DNA of 64,000 nucleotides from Gonapodya sp. JEL0774. Its lineage: Eukaryota. The stretch is from NCBI GenBank assembly GCA_027604505.1, contig JADIIX010000099.1, positions 1-64,000 on the forward strand. Direction: 5' to 3'. The first letter of the stretch is position 1, and each line of letters begins with the position of its first letter. The translations under genes were made by a program, and so were the position numbers. The notes beneath the pieces are model-generated. The model made no database searches and had not been told where the DNA came from. It saw nothing but the letters and a program-made list of their open reading frames with translations. Of this stretch, positions 14,464 to 28,704 are shown piece by piece.

Positions 14464-17400
14464 GGCCACCATCAGTTCAAGTGAGATTCCGACAAACGAG
14501 GCAGGAATCCGTGAGAAGGGGTTTACCCGCACTCCCACGTTCTTCGTACATACGCTTGTACATATGTGAACCAAGAACTGCCACACACAAAAATAAGCCA
14601 AATTAAATTCAGCTTCCGTCAGAAGAAAGAGGGGAGCGCGGGTAGCGTGGAGAGCGGCAAAAAGAATGGGAGGGAGATGGTATGTACCGTGGCGCGAGCA
14701 GTTACTAGTTACATGATGGTTAACGTAACATCCATCTGCGTATTACATTTTTTTTTTGCGGAGTAAAGGGGTTTGGGATGGATTCATAACTGAGTTGTGC
14801 ACTACTCATCCAGTACCATGTGACGTTCCAACCTCATGTCCTTCCATTTCCTCTCGCTCTTTCATTTGAGACATAATCCCGGATTCTCCGCACCACCCGT
14901 GAATCTCATAAATGGCCTGGAATTTTCTTCAATCCCCCTCCCATCCCTTCTGTCGCTCGCCCGATCGTTCGGTCTCGGATTCACCGCATTCGCTGGCATT
15001 CGGGACGGATCGCTGGTGGCCATCAGATCAAAAAATGAGATCCAGGCTGTCATAGCTTCGTTGGCTGTGTGGGCCGCAGGTGGGTGGTCCTTGGAGCACA
15101 TCTTTCTGGAGGAAATCGGAACTTGAGTAGGATGCATCCGATCCCGACGTTTCCGCCAGATTGATTCAAGGTCCAAATCAAGCGTTAAGCAATCCATTTT
15201 ATGTATCTTGATAGGAGGAACTCTAGTCTTCCTCCCTGAATACGCAAGCGAGAAAGAGATTGCCGTTACTTTGTTGGATTGCGTGGGTGTCCAGCTCAAA
15301 GTTACAATGCTGTGGAAGCGCCGCTTACCCCTGATTGAAATTGTGCTTCTAGGAACCCTCCCACCTCCTCATCTCTCCCGACCCGACGATACTGCACAGT
15401 ACCCTGCGCGCAGCCGAAATGGTCGGGTTCCCTGCATACAAAATCGTCACCCTCGCTTCCTCACAAAATAGTCCTTTCAACTCTGGCAAAAGCAATGGCA
15501 GTGTCACACTTGATGCTGCAGTGACGGTCCCGACATCGACAATGGCTGTGGGAACTTTCCCGACAATGGACCAAGTCTCCGAAATGGCCGAAGAGGTGCC
15601 GAACCCTGGGGATTGGCGAGGTGTGCTCGTTGAGCCGTTTCGTCCTGCAATTGTTCAATATGATGGTGGGATCGTTGGGCGTGGTGAGTACATTAGCGTG
15701 TCTGCAGTTCATTTGGCTCCATGTTCGAACCGCGCATCATCCTCGTCCACCCACGACTTCAACAGGTCACGTTCTCACCTATGCCGCCCTTGCCGCCTCT
15801 CTCCAACTCTCCTCCTTTTCTTCGCTGTCCTCTGGATCGAGTTTTGATACTCCAGTACCTCACGCTATTTTCACCGCTCTCCCGTTCTCCACTGCCGCGG
15901 GAATGGTTGCTGGTGTCTTGGGACCATTGTCAAGAGTGAGTAAGTGCCCATGTTTTATGCGGGACGCATGTTCGAGGGAGCATCGCGGTGATGGTTGCGT
16001 CGGGAACCGATATGGGCGATGCAGTGGTGGCCGTCTGAATACGTGCCTCACAACGGCACATAGAACAACAATGTTAAATGTTCGTGCTGCGGTGTATTTG
16101 TGAGCTTGCCAATGGTGCGGGCACCCCCTACAACTGGTGATGGAAGAATGACAACGTTTGGCATCAACCCATCGCAAAACTTCGAACCCTCTATCGCTTA
16201 CGACGATCCGTACGTCCCACAAGGGGATTTCTGTTATATTCGATCCGTCTTCAGCCTCTTCATCCTTGCCATCGATGCGGTTCCAGTGGTCCACTATTCC
16301 TCCGGTGGCAACATACCTCGTTCCCATATCAATCGCAGAGCCGTTGCTAGCCTCGGTATTAAGGCTAGTTCTGCTGATCTTTTTCTTCCGTCCTCATCCG
16401 TTTTATCTCTCACCACACCGTCCTCCACTCCACGACACAGTCAACCATCCACGCAGTCCCCGCCGCACCTCATATTTGTTGCTACACCATCGAATCTTCC
16501 CATACCTTCTAATCTCGTCGAAAACACCACCACCGCATGGCCTGGAATTGAGGTTTCCGTCGCAGTCGGTACGTCCTTTGTTCGACCTCATCCATTCACT
16601 GTACTCAAATGGGTGCTTAATGCCCAATCAAGCTCCGTCTGTAGCACCGGCGGTGCTCGTAGCTGTTCCTACTTCCACATCGGTGTCCGAAACTTGCGCG
16701 TTGCCGAAACCTGCACCACCACAACGCCATGTCTTGGTTGACCTCGAAGCACGACTGGGGGAAGATAAACGTGAGTTCCTCAAGCAGCGTATCCGTGGCG
16801 AATTGCGACAAGCTTCTGATACCTTTTCATGTCCGCGCGTCCCCCGCTTGCAGAAATCCACGTACGCACTCCTACCGCGGTCACTGGCCTGCTTTATAAC
16901 GAGTCAGGTACAATTGCTTTGCACGTCGGTGAAGAGCATGCGTTCTCCGGAAAGATGGAATGGGTCCGTACAGGCGTGCATGGAAGAGTGCACGAGGGGA
17001 CGCTGTTTTGGGAACAAAGAACTGAGGTAGGCTGAATCGCTTTTGGACATTGTTCAAGCGCGTAGCTCAACACAACCGCGATAACACAATCACTAGGCTA
17101 TCTTCCTCATCTCGACTGTCCCCACCTCTGCATCCGAACTTGAACGATATTTCCTGCTCAATCCCCTGGTCACAACGTGTCGTGTCTCTTTCGATCCCGA
17201 GAATCCCGACAAACCCATAGTTTACGTTACGACTCTCTCCCAAGAGCCAAGGAAACGGGTAAATCAAGTGATTGGTGCGGTGCTGGAGTGGGTGGAGGAG
17301 AACCCATTCGGACCGGCAGGGACAAGTTGGGCAGGTTATTTGCGGAAAGTGGAAGGTGTGAGAGTGGTTGTTGAGTCAGCGGAGGATGATATCCTATCAC

Positions 17401-17519
17401 TTGATAACATGAGGACGAAATTGTGATTCACATAATGTAGTTGGGTACCAATGTCCATACCCATTACACTTGCAAGCCATGATCTAGCCATCTTTCGGAG
17501 AAGCGGGTCATCTTCCCAC

Positions 17520-18667
17520 CTAAAGACACGTGTTTCTGGAGCCGACCCTGCATGTTTCTTTATGCGGTGTGTAGCGGTAACAACCACACTTGTCAGAAGA
17601 GCAATTTGGAATGCCTTCCACGCTGGTGTCAGCCTGCAATTCGATAAATGGGAAGTATTTGGATGAACACATAGATACGTGTTAATTGTAGGAAACTCAC
17701 CGCTGTGCATGCCACGGAAACAAAGATTCCAACTGGCGACTCCGTTACAGCAGAAACAACGAGACCAAGAAGGGGGCACTTGATGTACCTTAATCCGGTC
17801 CTTGGTTGGGAAAGAAATGGAATTTTTAAGCTTCTCAGCAGTGAAATAGGCATGTCAACAACATACAACAAGACGCATTCGAGGGTGTCTTGGCAGCCCC
17901 AAACGTATCCCGCATGATCAGAGTCCGGAAATTTATTATTCGAATTTTTGGCTTGGCACTGTTGCATCTCGGGGGTCAGTCCAGATGGTGGGGGTGGCGG
18001 TGCCGATGGGGGAGGGGGGGGTGCCGACGGTGGGGGAGGAGTAGGCGATGTTCCCCCAGTGCAACTGCAATCCATTGTTCACGTTAAAATTTTTTCAAAA
18101 TACTGTGAAATGTCCCCCACAAAATGTGTGCCCTACCTGTTCGAGCCACTGTTCCAGGAATACCCTGCGTTGCATGTGCATCCGCTACCGCTTTTCCAGT
18201 AAGAGTTTGGAGCGCAGCACTGTCCCTGGAACTTTGGTGACCACCCTGATATGCAAACGCAGTTTTGCCCTGAGTCGGGAACTGTCCCCCAAGGGCAGCT
18301 CGGAATCTTGCCATAACAGCTGTAACAGGGTAAGATTTAGGAAGATGCACAGTTAAACACTGTGTTGACTGGTGTGGTCTTACGTGTTGCCATTCCATTT
18401 TGTCCCAGATTCGCACACACAGCCTCGGGAGGAGTCCGCCCAATAAGAATTTGGACTACAACACTGCCCAGAACCGCTCGGTCTCCAACCAGTTTTGCAC
18501 TTGCACGCGCTACCGTTCCACTCGGTCCCCCAGGGACAGCCGTCTCGCTTGCTCAGATGAGTAGAAAACGACTGGACTTCATCTGAGACGACCTCAGATT
18601 GCTCGGCAGCGCCAAAGCAGGTTTTTGCGATGGCGAACAGGAGCAGTGAACACGTTAAAAGTCTCAT
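17520..18667 (-). CDS. Secreted Cys-rich protein: signal peptide, KR site, two ~55-aa Cys repeats, poly-Pro linker, Cys-rich C-terminus
   Basis: MRLLTCSLLLFAIAKTCFG leader; LSKR; repeats CPWGT..C.C..GW.P...GQCC.PNSYW....GC.C..G..WN in exons 1 and 2; (SAPPPPP)x2; last exon ADTSVEGIPNCSSDKCGC...NTCL*. Confidence 0.75.
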
Positions 18668-19429
18668 CAGATAGCTACGACGCCCACCACGGAGGCTGGT
18701 GCCCTTATAGCTTATGCGATGCAGGATGCGACAGTCGGGACTGCGTTGACCTCATCAGGGATAATCTTGGATGGCCATAGCAATATATCACGAGAACGGT
18801 TCACCACCCCGGCCCACAGCCACCGCCGATCACTTTTGGTGGTTTGTTCGCCGACAGTGCCTTTTTCTGTCGGCTAGCCGGTAGTCCCGGTTGAGAAGTC
18901 CGGAGTCTTCTTGTTAGTTGGCAATTGATTAAACAAATTTTGCACCTCAAAGTCGGCGGCAGCGCGTCTAGAATTTTCCTGGCTCTCGACATCACCATTG
19001 AACTTTTGATGACATCTTCTATGTTGGTTGGTGGATCCGGACAGGATCGGGAACACGAGTAATATATTGTGCAAAAGTGGCATCACACATAACGTTTCCA
19101 AAAAAGGATGGGACGACTGCCCTGCCAAGACCGTCAAGGGTTGTTCGAATGCAACATTTCGAGAGGACAATCCTGCTCGGACAACTCCAGGCACTTCCAG
19201 TATGGAAATGCTATCTGTAGAGTTTTTGCATTGGCGAAGTTGTCCATGGCGGACATAAGAAATTGAATCACGCAAAGGCCCTCAGAAATTTTGTCGATGG
19301 TACCTCTGTTCATGTTTTCCTCTTTCATTCGAGGCTCCCCCCCTCTTGCATATTCTTCTATTTATTATTTAAATTTTGATTTCATAATCTTTCTGTTCTC
19401 ATAACCCACATCCCAGATCTCCATTTCCT

Positions 19430-20574
19430 CAATCAATTTTCGAATTTCTTTTTTCGTCCACGGTATCTCTCCCAAACCATAGGGAGGTGCTTATGATCCT
19501 TCGGGTGAAGGCCTCGGTGGGACCCCTTACTGGGTCCTGGCAGGTTGGTGTAGCTACTTAGGCGGTTTGGGATCCCTGGGCAGGTGAGATGACGGAGTGG
19601 CTCGCCAACCTGGAGCAAAATCTGATGCGGGGAAGTTAATAGTACAAGTAGTTGTGTGCGTTTAGTATCTGTCCACCCGGTGCACAGACCTCCTACTGCC
19701 CTTGTAATACTTGTATGGTGGACGACACCTTGTCTGGTTTGGCAGACTCTTTTTGGGTTCAACCGGGGAACCGTAGGAAGACCAGCATTGCGTTCGAAGC
19801 AGTGCACCCTATAAGCCCACACAACTGCCGCAACCAGTCAACACCTCCAAAACCCAGATTGTAGCAATTAAAAGCAAGTGCATATAAAAACTACATGAAA
19901 AAAGCTATTTTTGGCTTATTCCGAACTCTTGATTGGACTCCATAATCCCACTGAAAAGTTCGGGCCGTTGAAGATTTTTCCGCGTCTCCCGTTCTCTGTC
20001 ACGGCGTGTTCTCCGACGTTCCTTGGACAGTTGGGCATTCAGATCTTTACCATTGAAACAATCGACATGAATGTTCAGCTCGTCATCCGGGGAGGCCCCT
20101 GTCGTGTCCGCATCATTTCTGTCCAATTGTCCAACCGCACCACCGATCTCTGCCAGCCTATCCTCGTCATTGCCAGGCCCGTGTTCGTCATGTCCTTCTG
20201 CGTGACTAGCAGTTTCTGACCCGGGGTCTGGTACGCCATCTGAGCACTCCGAAGGAGTTGCGAAGTCCTCCACGTCGTCCTCGTCAACCCAGTCCGGATC
20301 CTCAAGGTCATCATAGGGAGGTGCAAATGACCCAAAGCAACCACGAGCGCCGCGTGGTTGATGGCGCTCTCTGCGGCCCGTGAATAGGTGATAAAAGTTG
20401 GTCACAGTGAGCGGGGAGCACGGTCGAGACGTGCACAAAGTCTGACCCACCACAAAGGACCCCGCTCCAGGCGTCCCCGGCGCTGTTTTGGAGGCCGGAT
20501 AAATGTCGGAGATTAGCCGGTCTTGCTTTGACGCACTAATCCCATTGACAGCGATCGGTGTTGGGGGAACTTAA
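19430..20574 (-). mobile_element. piggyBac-like DNA transposon remnant (internally deleted transposase)
   Basis: The minus strand at ~19780-19863 reads YNLGFGGVDWLRQ-LCGLIGCTASNAMLVF, resembling the piggyBac YNxxxGGVDxxDQ motif. Acidic N-terminal ORF 19905-20453 (DDLEDPDWVDEDD); in-frame stops; TTAA at 20571. TIRs not confirmed. Confidence 0.55.
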
Positions 20575-21177
20575 TGACTAGGCTGTTTCAGAAAAAATTT
20601 CTGACCGGTGAGATTGATCAGAATTCTCTAAATAGCTGGATTATGCTTTCTATTGTACTTTGCAATAATTATTTGAGTTGTGATGAATATTTGAAAATCG
20701 GGGGGTCGTGTGTTGGCTTGGGGGGTCGTCCACAAAACATCTGTAGCCTGCACGAGCCATCCACCTGAAGGCTCACCATTCAAAATCAAATATTTGAGAT
20801 TTTGATATGTTCTTTTGCACTATTTGCCCATTTGATAAAAGCACGGGATATTGAAACTTAAATGAGTTGCGGCTGTATGAAACACACACAAAGCAAAGGT
20901 AGCCGGCTCAATTCCATTGAGTTACCCTTTCTTCCCATAAATTGGCCCCGCGCCGTCAAGGCCAGCACGGAGTTACGGTTATTTTAAACCTCTGATTTCG
21001 GGGTGGACAGAGGCTCAAGTGATACTTTGTATCATTCGAGTGGTATTCTTTGTTCACCGTACTCTCTGTCCCACGACTGCAATCGGACTTCCTGTTCGTA
21101 CCTTATCCGGGTTTTTATGTCCTGTTGCCGAACACCGCAGTGGCCTTCATTTCGTCGGAGCAAATCTTGCCCATACA

Positions 21178-24100
21178 ATGGCGACGCTGCCTCCTCCCAT
21201 CCGCCCGTCAGGCTTCCGCCGCATCTGCAAGCGGTCCTTATTTTCGTCTCTCCGTAACCGAGAGGCTGGGATGCACCTGCAGGCGGGGTCGGGAAGGCCA
21301 AACATTAACTGGGCCACGCAGAGACAGGTCACATGGAATCTAGTTCCCGATACAACCTTTTATGATTTAAGAATGCCGAATGGATGTCAACAATTGCACT
21401 TTCGGAAGTTTTCGGGCGATGGAAAGGTGGGTTTAAGTAGGGTGAGGATGGATGATGGGCTGGTGAGCGAACTCGACTCGAAGGACCAATGATACCAACC
21501 GCCCAGGGACCAAGATTGAGCGCTTGCGCACTCGGTAAAGCTGTTGTGAAGATGAAATGATGGGTGCCTGAGCTCTCCGGGGACTGATTGAGTTGACAGC
21601 GATATACTGCTATGCAGCTCACCAACACCTTCACGGATGGAGGCCGAGCAGGGGCTTTAAAGGAACAGAACAACCAGATGAACGAGGAAAGAATCAGAAG
21701 TTTCAGGAAATTGTTCGTGTTTGTGTCTTTTTTCACCCACTCCCTTGCTCACCCCATATTTCCACCTAATCACAGTATCTCGTGGCCTTCGGAAAGTCGA
21801 ACCACTCTCTCGTCCTGCTCCGTTATTTGGGTCCAGGCTGCCCCTCTGTTGCGTCCCGTAGGACCACCTCTCGCTCTCGCGGCCCAGCTGACACCTCCTC
21901 ATCAGACAGATCATCGTCCTTTACTTCTGCATCAGAAATCACTCCCTCTGCCCGTGTAGGGACGTCGACAAACGGGTTCACGTCCTCCGCTTCCCTCGCC
22001 ACGGCTGCGGAGAACGAAAGGTCTCAAGCATCTTTACCATCACTGCCGGATGGCGAAGGACTTGCGGACCAAGTGGGGAGTCCAACCGCATTTTCTGACT
22101 TCTTTGCGGTGGAGTATGAGATCAACGTGACGGCGGGAACCGAAGTGCTGTGCAAAGAGTTCTCGATGTTTACAGAGGATGGGAAATTTGTGAGTTGGAG
22201 TTAACTGTTATCTCAGTATTGTAGGGTTTTGGTGAATTGCGGATGGATTTGCACGATAACACATTTTCGAAGCACCAAGGACTGCTTAATTGATGGTGCA
22301 AACAAACTTGCTGTCCTCATTCTGTTTTCCACTTCTCCAGCTCATCCTCGCCTCCGCGGTTCCATCCTCCACACCCCCAGCTCAGGACTCTCGGACTTCC
22401 ATCCAACAGCTCGACGATGTGACGTTCTGGATTGTGGAGATATCAAGCGGTACGGTGAGTTTGCTTTTGCTATGGAGCGTTGATGAGGAGCGTGCTGTAT
22501 AAGAGTCTCCTGATTTACTCGATGTCTGTAGATTGCAGATCGACGCACGTTCAAGTCCGACTACATCTATCTCTCCAACCATGCCGGTGTTTCGCTAATG
22601 GACACCAAGCTTCTCATTACAAGCGTGCAACACCAAGCTGCATACGTTTTAGAAATTATGGTCAGTTTTCCGCTGATAATATCACCTGTTCCAAAGCGTT
22701 TGTGACTCATATCTGCGTGCACGCGCCACTTTCAGCCATCTGGTCGCCTCAATCATACCCACTCCATCGGCCCCGACGTCTTTCCCAACGACAACGAGCC
22801 TATAGGTCTACTTTCACTCCGGGAGAAAGAATGGAGGCGCGCGGCTGAGTCTTTGCCCTCCGTTCGGACTGCACCACAGCATCAGTTGCAACTTTCCCAG
22901 ACGACGGAAGTGCGATTGAGACCAGTGGGCGGCGTTCTTGGGAAGAGGCAGCGAGCCGAAGAGGATGACAGAGAAGATGCAACAGATATTCAACCCCCAA
23001 GCACGTCCGGCTTCCGTCCTGTAAAATTGTTTGGTCCACGCAGACCTACAGTTCCTTCCATCACAGCGGTATCCTCAACATCCGATCTGCTGGCCTCAAC
23101 TCCGACGATCACTTCTGGTGCAACAAGCCCACCAGGTGCATGGAGTCCCGCTTGGACAACCGGAACTGGGTCTCGGCCGACAACACGACGACTCGTCCCC
23201 GTTGACGCCATTATCCCCGCGCAAACATCTCCCACCTCCACACCTACTCGCTCTCTTCTTCGAGATGAATCGGCGTCAGATGATCTCCTTCCGGGACTGA
23301 AGCAACGTCTCATGGCGCATCTGCACCGCCTCGCTGTAGCTTCTGGAGATCCAGCCCGACTTCGATATTTCTACCTGAGCTGGGACTACTTCTCCTCCCT
23401 GGTCATGTGGCGATGTGAGTGGATGGACCAGGACACAATAGTATTCAAAATGGGTGCACCTGACTCTGTAGGGAAATCGGATCCACCACCTACTGCAGCC
23501 ACGTTTCTAATGGTGGTGGAGCTGAGTTCGGGCAAAATCTTGGGATTTCATGATTCGTGTAGTCCGGATTTGCTAGACTGGTACGAAAGAGACGACAGGT
23601 GGAGGAGGCAAGCCGCTGGAAGGGTCAATTGGTGTGGAAGTTTGGCGAATTCGGAGAGGGCGAGGGAGGCAGTCAGGAGGGCGATGTTCAGTCTATGGAA
23701 AGCGAAGAACGGAGGGTGAGTCTGTTAACTGTTGTTCTTTTCAGTTTACAAATTCGTCAACTTGATCGATGTGTTACACCCGGAAATCCAAGGTCACACC
23801 AAGCGATCAAGCGAGCACTTGCAAATGTGCCGCATAATCCGCAGTCGTACAGCGAAAGCCCCTATTGGGACCAGGAGCTCTTTAGCTACGACGAGAGAAC
23901 AATCGGTCCCTTGGAAAGGTAATTACTGGTTTCATTTTCGGTATCTGAATAGTCTGTTTTGATAAGACTTTGAAATCTCCATTTGCTGCTGATGCAGACC
24001 AAAAGTTGCTATTGACTTTCCTTACAAGTTTTTCAATCGAGTAACTGGCGAGTACGCATTTACCATCGATCCCTTCCCAACGCCATACGGGGTTGGCCCA

Positions 24101-24288
24101 GTGAGGTCAAAGTGAGTGAACTACCTTTTACGTCCGTCGAGACTTCGTCGCGTCAATACTCTTTTTTTCTTTGCAGGCACTATGCTGCCTTACTATTCCA
24201 TCCAACCGATCCCTTCTGTCTCACAGTTATGTACCAATCGCAGCAGCAAGCGACGATTAATATACATGCAAGGAGGTGTGTGGGGTAG
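21178..24288 (+). CDS. DET1: De-etiolated 1 homolog (DDB1-CUL4/COP1-associated), multi-exon
   Basis: LVPDTTFY...HFRKFSGDGK; VLCKEFSMFTEDGKF; DYIYLSNHAGVSL; LKQRLMAHL; PQSYSESPYWDQELFSYDE; C-terminal LLFHPTDPF...INIHARR. Confidence 0.88.
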
Positions 24289-24591
24289 GTGGGATAAAGG
24301 GTTGGGAATGACGGGTATAGCTATGTACTGGAACGAGGCACTGGTCCGAGTCCTTCTTCTCATCAAAATTCTCCCATACTTTACGGTCTGCTTACTATTA
24401 ATTGCAATGTTCCATGCATGTTGGAAGTTTGATTTCAATTGTAGTTCCCTCCTTTAATTCTGTATAAATCTCACTGTGTTGACCTGTTAAACCTTGTTCA
24501 CATTGTTCAGTTACGTATGACAGATGTAGTTTCAATAATTTAGAAGGTTAGAGGTACGTGAGAACATCAAAGTGCCACGACGCCGAGAGAA

Positions 24592-27500
24592 TCATACAAT
24601 TTGCCCTGCCCCCTCTGTTAATGCCGCAACGTCCATCCTCCCGATCTCCTCCGCCAAACGCGCAAGCAACGTATCCGCATTGCGGTGTCCAAGAGCTGCC
24701 TTACACATACGGTGAAGTTCACCGAGCACGGAATGTCTGGTGGTATGTTGTCATCAGACGCTTTCCTGGTGAGAAGAAACAATGACCGAATCGATACTCA
24801 CGCGCGCTCGACGAGGCCCTCAGGAGGCGGACCATCAAGAACCGTTTGCAATGCCCCCGTCGCCAGGAAGATTATAACGACCGGGCAGAGGCTAAGGACC
24901 AGTAGTTATCCAGGAGGGAAACATGTACTTCCACATGATGGCATCATAGGTTCATCAAATACAGCAGACTTACAGGAAGGTGGTTGCATCATGTGATTGA
25001 TCCGTTCTCTCCTCCAACATGATACTCTCTGACACTTTGGCAATCTCGGATGCTTCTGCAGCATGTGCGAAAGCCGTCAAAAATGCCGGTGACTGTGACT
25101 GTGAGACCGTTATCCAAGATGTTCATTTCAGCGATTTGAAGATCCTTGCGAGTGTTGAGAGTTCTGTTTTGCATCTCTCACTCACCCAAGCAACGAGTGT
25201 TTTCTCCAGCTCGTCCCGGTCGAAATTTCCAACGTGGTAGTCCGCACCAGGGTTGGGAGATGAAGCTATCCACACAGGGCGAAGGACAAACTCGGTGGCC
25301 AGCTTCAAAGTGAGGGTAGAGGGACCATGGAGAACTATGAGATGAATGACGTGGAAGGCGCCGAAAGCATTTTGATTCCAGAGGGGGGGAGGCGGGGAAG
25401 GAGGGGCGGGCGGGGGTGGGGGGGTGGGGGGGAAGGACGGTGATGAACCATCACAGCAATGCAATACATCTCCCATCTAGTGCCCGGAGACCCAACGAAA
25501 CCCACCGGTCCAAACCCCGTGATAACTCAGCCACAACCTCCTCACACTCGTTTCCGATAAACCAACGCTACCTTTTGCCACGTACTCTTCAAGCTTTCGT
25601 TTCCAAGTTTCCAGCTCCTCTTCAATCTCGGCAACTCTGGCCAGGACGCTCATTCTCTGCCTGTCCGTTAGAGGAGCGAAGGGGAGCACGCCACGGTTCC
25701 AGTAATGTTGGTGGAAATCGACCACGTGTCCAAATGGATACGATAGTGCGGCTTCGAACGCGAATTGTGACAAGGCGGTCGGTTGCGGTTCAGGAAGGTG
25801 GGAGGTCGGCCGGATGGAAAAGAAGGTGTCTAAAGTGTAAGGCGGGACGTATGTTGCAGGTGGAAGATGAGGAGAGTTCCAAACGCTGAATATAACAGAA
25901 AGTACATTCTAAGAGAGAGGTCTTTTCCGGGTGGATCGTGCAGAAATTCAACAACACACTCATCAGGACACGGCAACCAGAGCCCACAACTTTCCATATC
26001 TTGCAATAACGGTGGCCTGTTTGTCGCTGCAGCCATGCTCCTGTCCAAAATATAAGTAAACCAGAAACTCCGGCGGAAGCTCTCGCGATCGGCCCAGGAA
26101 TCAAGACGGTCAATCAATGATCTCTCAGTCGTGAAATTGAGGAGCTTAATGTGCGAGGCACATTGAATGTAATAAAAGTAGGCTTCTTTCCACTGCTCGG
26201 TTATACAACATTGTTGCGGAGACATGAGATTTCGCACAAAAAAAAAAAAAATTAGAAGTAAGTACAATGAAATACTGCTCAAACAAAAACGAAGGCGTTT
26301 AGGTTTCCCCTTGTGTTTTGTCGGGTGAAGTTTCCATCCGGAGACTTTCTTGTCCCTCCGTTCGTCTGGCCCCGACTCGAACCGCTCTTCACTCACCATG
26401 ACATGCTTAACTGCATACGTAAACCCATACAACAACCCCACCAAACCTGCCAAGCCAGGCCTGTCCGCAGATGCCTTGATAGCCCTCCTCAATCTCGGAA
26501 AAAACACTGCCCTTCCCATAGCTCTGACCTCTGGGCTTTCGTGCATGTGGGACCCAATGGTCAGTATCGCGTAGTAGACGATCGGATTAGGCGGAGTGGG
26601 GGACTGTAGGAATGATGCTCGGTGGACGAGGGAGAAGTGGACGATGGAGAAGTGTAGGGGGAAGCGGTCGAAGTAGAGGTGTACGAGTGAGTTGATAAGC
26701 TGTGGTGCGGGAACTGGTGGCAGCTGCAAAATTGACGGTCCCGAAAGGTGATGAAAAGGTGAATACGAATTGAATTGGAGGCACAGACAATGAGCATTAT
26801 AACAACATCGTCACGCAGCATGGCCCGTCTCTTCGACGTCCCTGGCAAATCCATATAGGTAAGAAATGGCTCTCTTAGCAAACAAGTTTGCATCTCCACA
26901 TGTGACGTACAGTCCTTCAGCGAATAGGCCTGTGTTTCTGCGGCTTCGGTGCACACGGTGCTCTTCAACCACACCTGTCATGCAATACGCCTTCGTGAAC
27001 TCACGTCGTCAAACGCAGTGAGAGACCGTGTCATTTGCCACGACCCCGCATCGAAAGCTGGCAAGTCTGGCATGGGCATGGCATCCCAGTGCGTCGTGTC
27101 AAAGGATCCCGTATTTATAGGTCCCAGATTTATCGACGGAAGGTCCACCAACACCGTCACTGAGGATGGACATTGCAAAGCTTCTTGGCGCTCGCCAGAG
27201 TTGACAGATTCGGCGTCTTGTGGTCCGTCGTGTGAGTTCCGCTTCGCAATCGTCATTTGACCCTCTGCATCAGTTTCGGTGAGAGCTGAGTATGAACGGG
27301 ATTTCGGCTGGGACGTGGGTGCAGAAGGAGAGATTGGATGAGAGAGAGAAGTTGAAGTCGTTTGGGGGATAGTCTGGACACCTGGTGGCGTCGGAGTCGG
27401 CGCAGGGTTATTGGGCAGAAGGAAATCGAGATGACGCAGAAAAGGCGACGAGGCAGCCGCAGCCGCAAAGTTGCCCAAGCGAGCGGGTGAGATCCGACGT

Positions 27501-28122
27501 GCAAGATGAAGAGCAGCTGATGTAGGAGATGTCGCGGGTGGACTGTGTGGAGCTGATGGGTTCTCGGTTTCGGTCCCGGTGGTGGGGAGGGAGGCCGTTT
27601 CAGGAGAGACAGATGATGATGGTAATGTCCCACCTCCAAGGATCAAGTTTTCTAAGCGAGCGAGCCTGCCGAACACCCCTTTATCGCGACGAGGTTTCCG
27701 CTGTGTCTGTCCCTGAGGGTGTTGATGCTGCAGGGGGTCTGGCACCGATATGTGCTGGCGGTGTAGCTGTTGTTGTTTGAGTTGCTGGATTTGCTGTTGG
27801 TGCTGCTGGGCGTGTTGGTGCCCAATGTACGGCGCTTGCGGTGTTTGAGGTGAAGGAAGCTCCCGCAATGCATGTGTTCCGGATATGGAGTGTGACTTTG
27901 CACGAGGTAGAAAAATTGCAGAAAATAAGATCAAAGAAGCACGATAAGGAGTTCTGAAGCTATTTGCTCGAATCAGACGACTTGGTGGGACTGGCTTGCG
28001 GTGTTCCCCCTCTGTGAGATGAGTTTAGCAGACTATACGCTGCTCACCTTGCGCTTTTTAGTCTCCCTGCCATCTTCACTTGCAACGCCGCCCGCTGCCC
28101 TCCAGACTCCATCTACATCCAT
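24592..28122 (-). CDS. Fungal-specific transcription factor (Fungal_trans/middle homology region) protein
   Basis: LVHLYFDRFP..VHRASFL, YYAILTIGS, RESFRRSFWFTYILDRSMAAATNRPPLL; Q-rich segment and RLARLE heptad near the N-terminus. Both termini are tentative. Confidence 0.75.
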
Positions 28123-28704
28123 TGGCTTTCTGTCGACAAAATCGATGTCCCTACCGATTGGAATAAAATAACCAGTTGAGCGTCCGCGTTAAAGCCCCGC
28201 GTACAAATTCCTGAGAATGCACAAGGAGTGGATTCGACAGTCCCAGAAAATTGGGCGATTGCACGCTGAGAATGATTCAGTTTGATGCTCTGCGGTTTCC
28301 TGGGTGAATTCGTTTCTCCGCGGACCTCACTCAGCTCCGTCCACAACAACCAAGGAGCTTGTGACAGCAATCAGACAACAGATATTCTCGATTTATTAAA
28401 TTAAGCGTACTAAATCAACGTCTTACAATCAATTCAGAACTTTGTCTTGAACTTCGGATTGAACAACTCCATTCAGTGAATGTTCTTCATCTCAAGAGCG
28501 AAACAGCCCGATATCAACTAGGATATAATAACGAATTTTAACTCCCGCTAAATTCCTCTCTCAACAACCTTGGATCATCTGAAGCTTTGGGTTCGTGCAC
28601 ACAAGGTTTGTGACGAAGTCGAGGCATTAATTTTATCTTTCGGAGCTTGTGCCGAGTTGCCGACTGCATCACATATTCTGCATTCGAAATCCCATCGCTG
28701 GAAC

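Noticed and set aside
14836..17400. Several overlapping ORFs up to 290 aa
   Set aside because: No recognisable motif or consistent spliced model; possibly a degenerate gene
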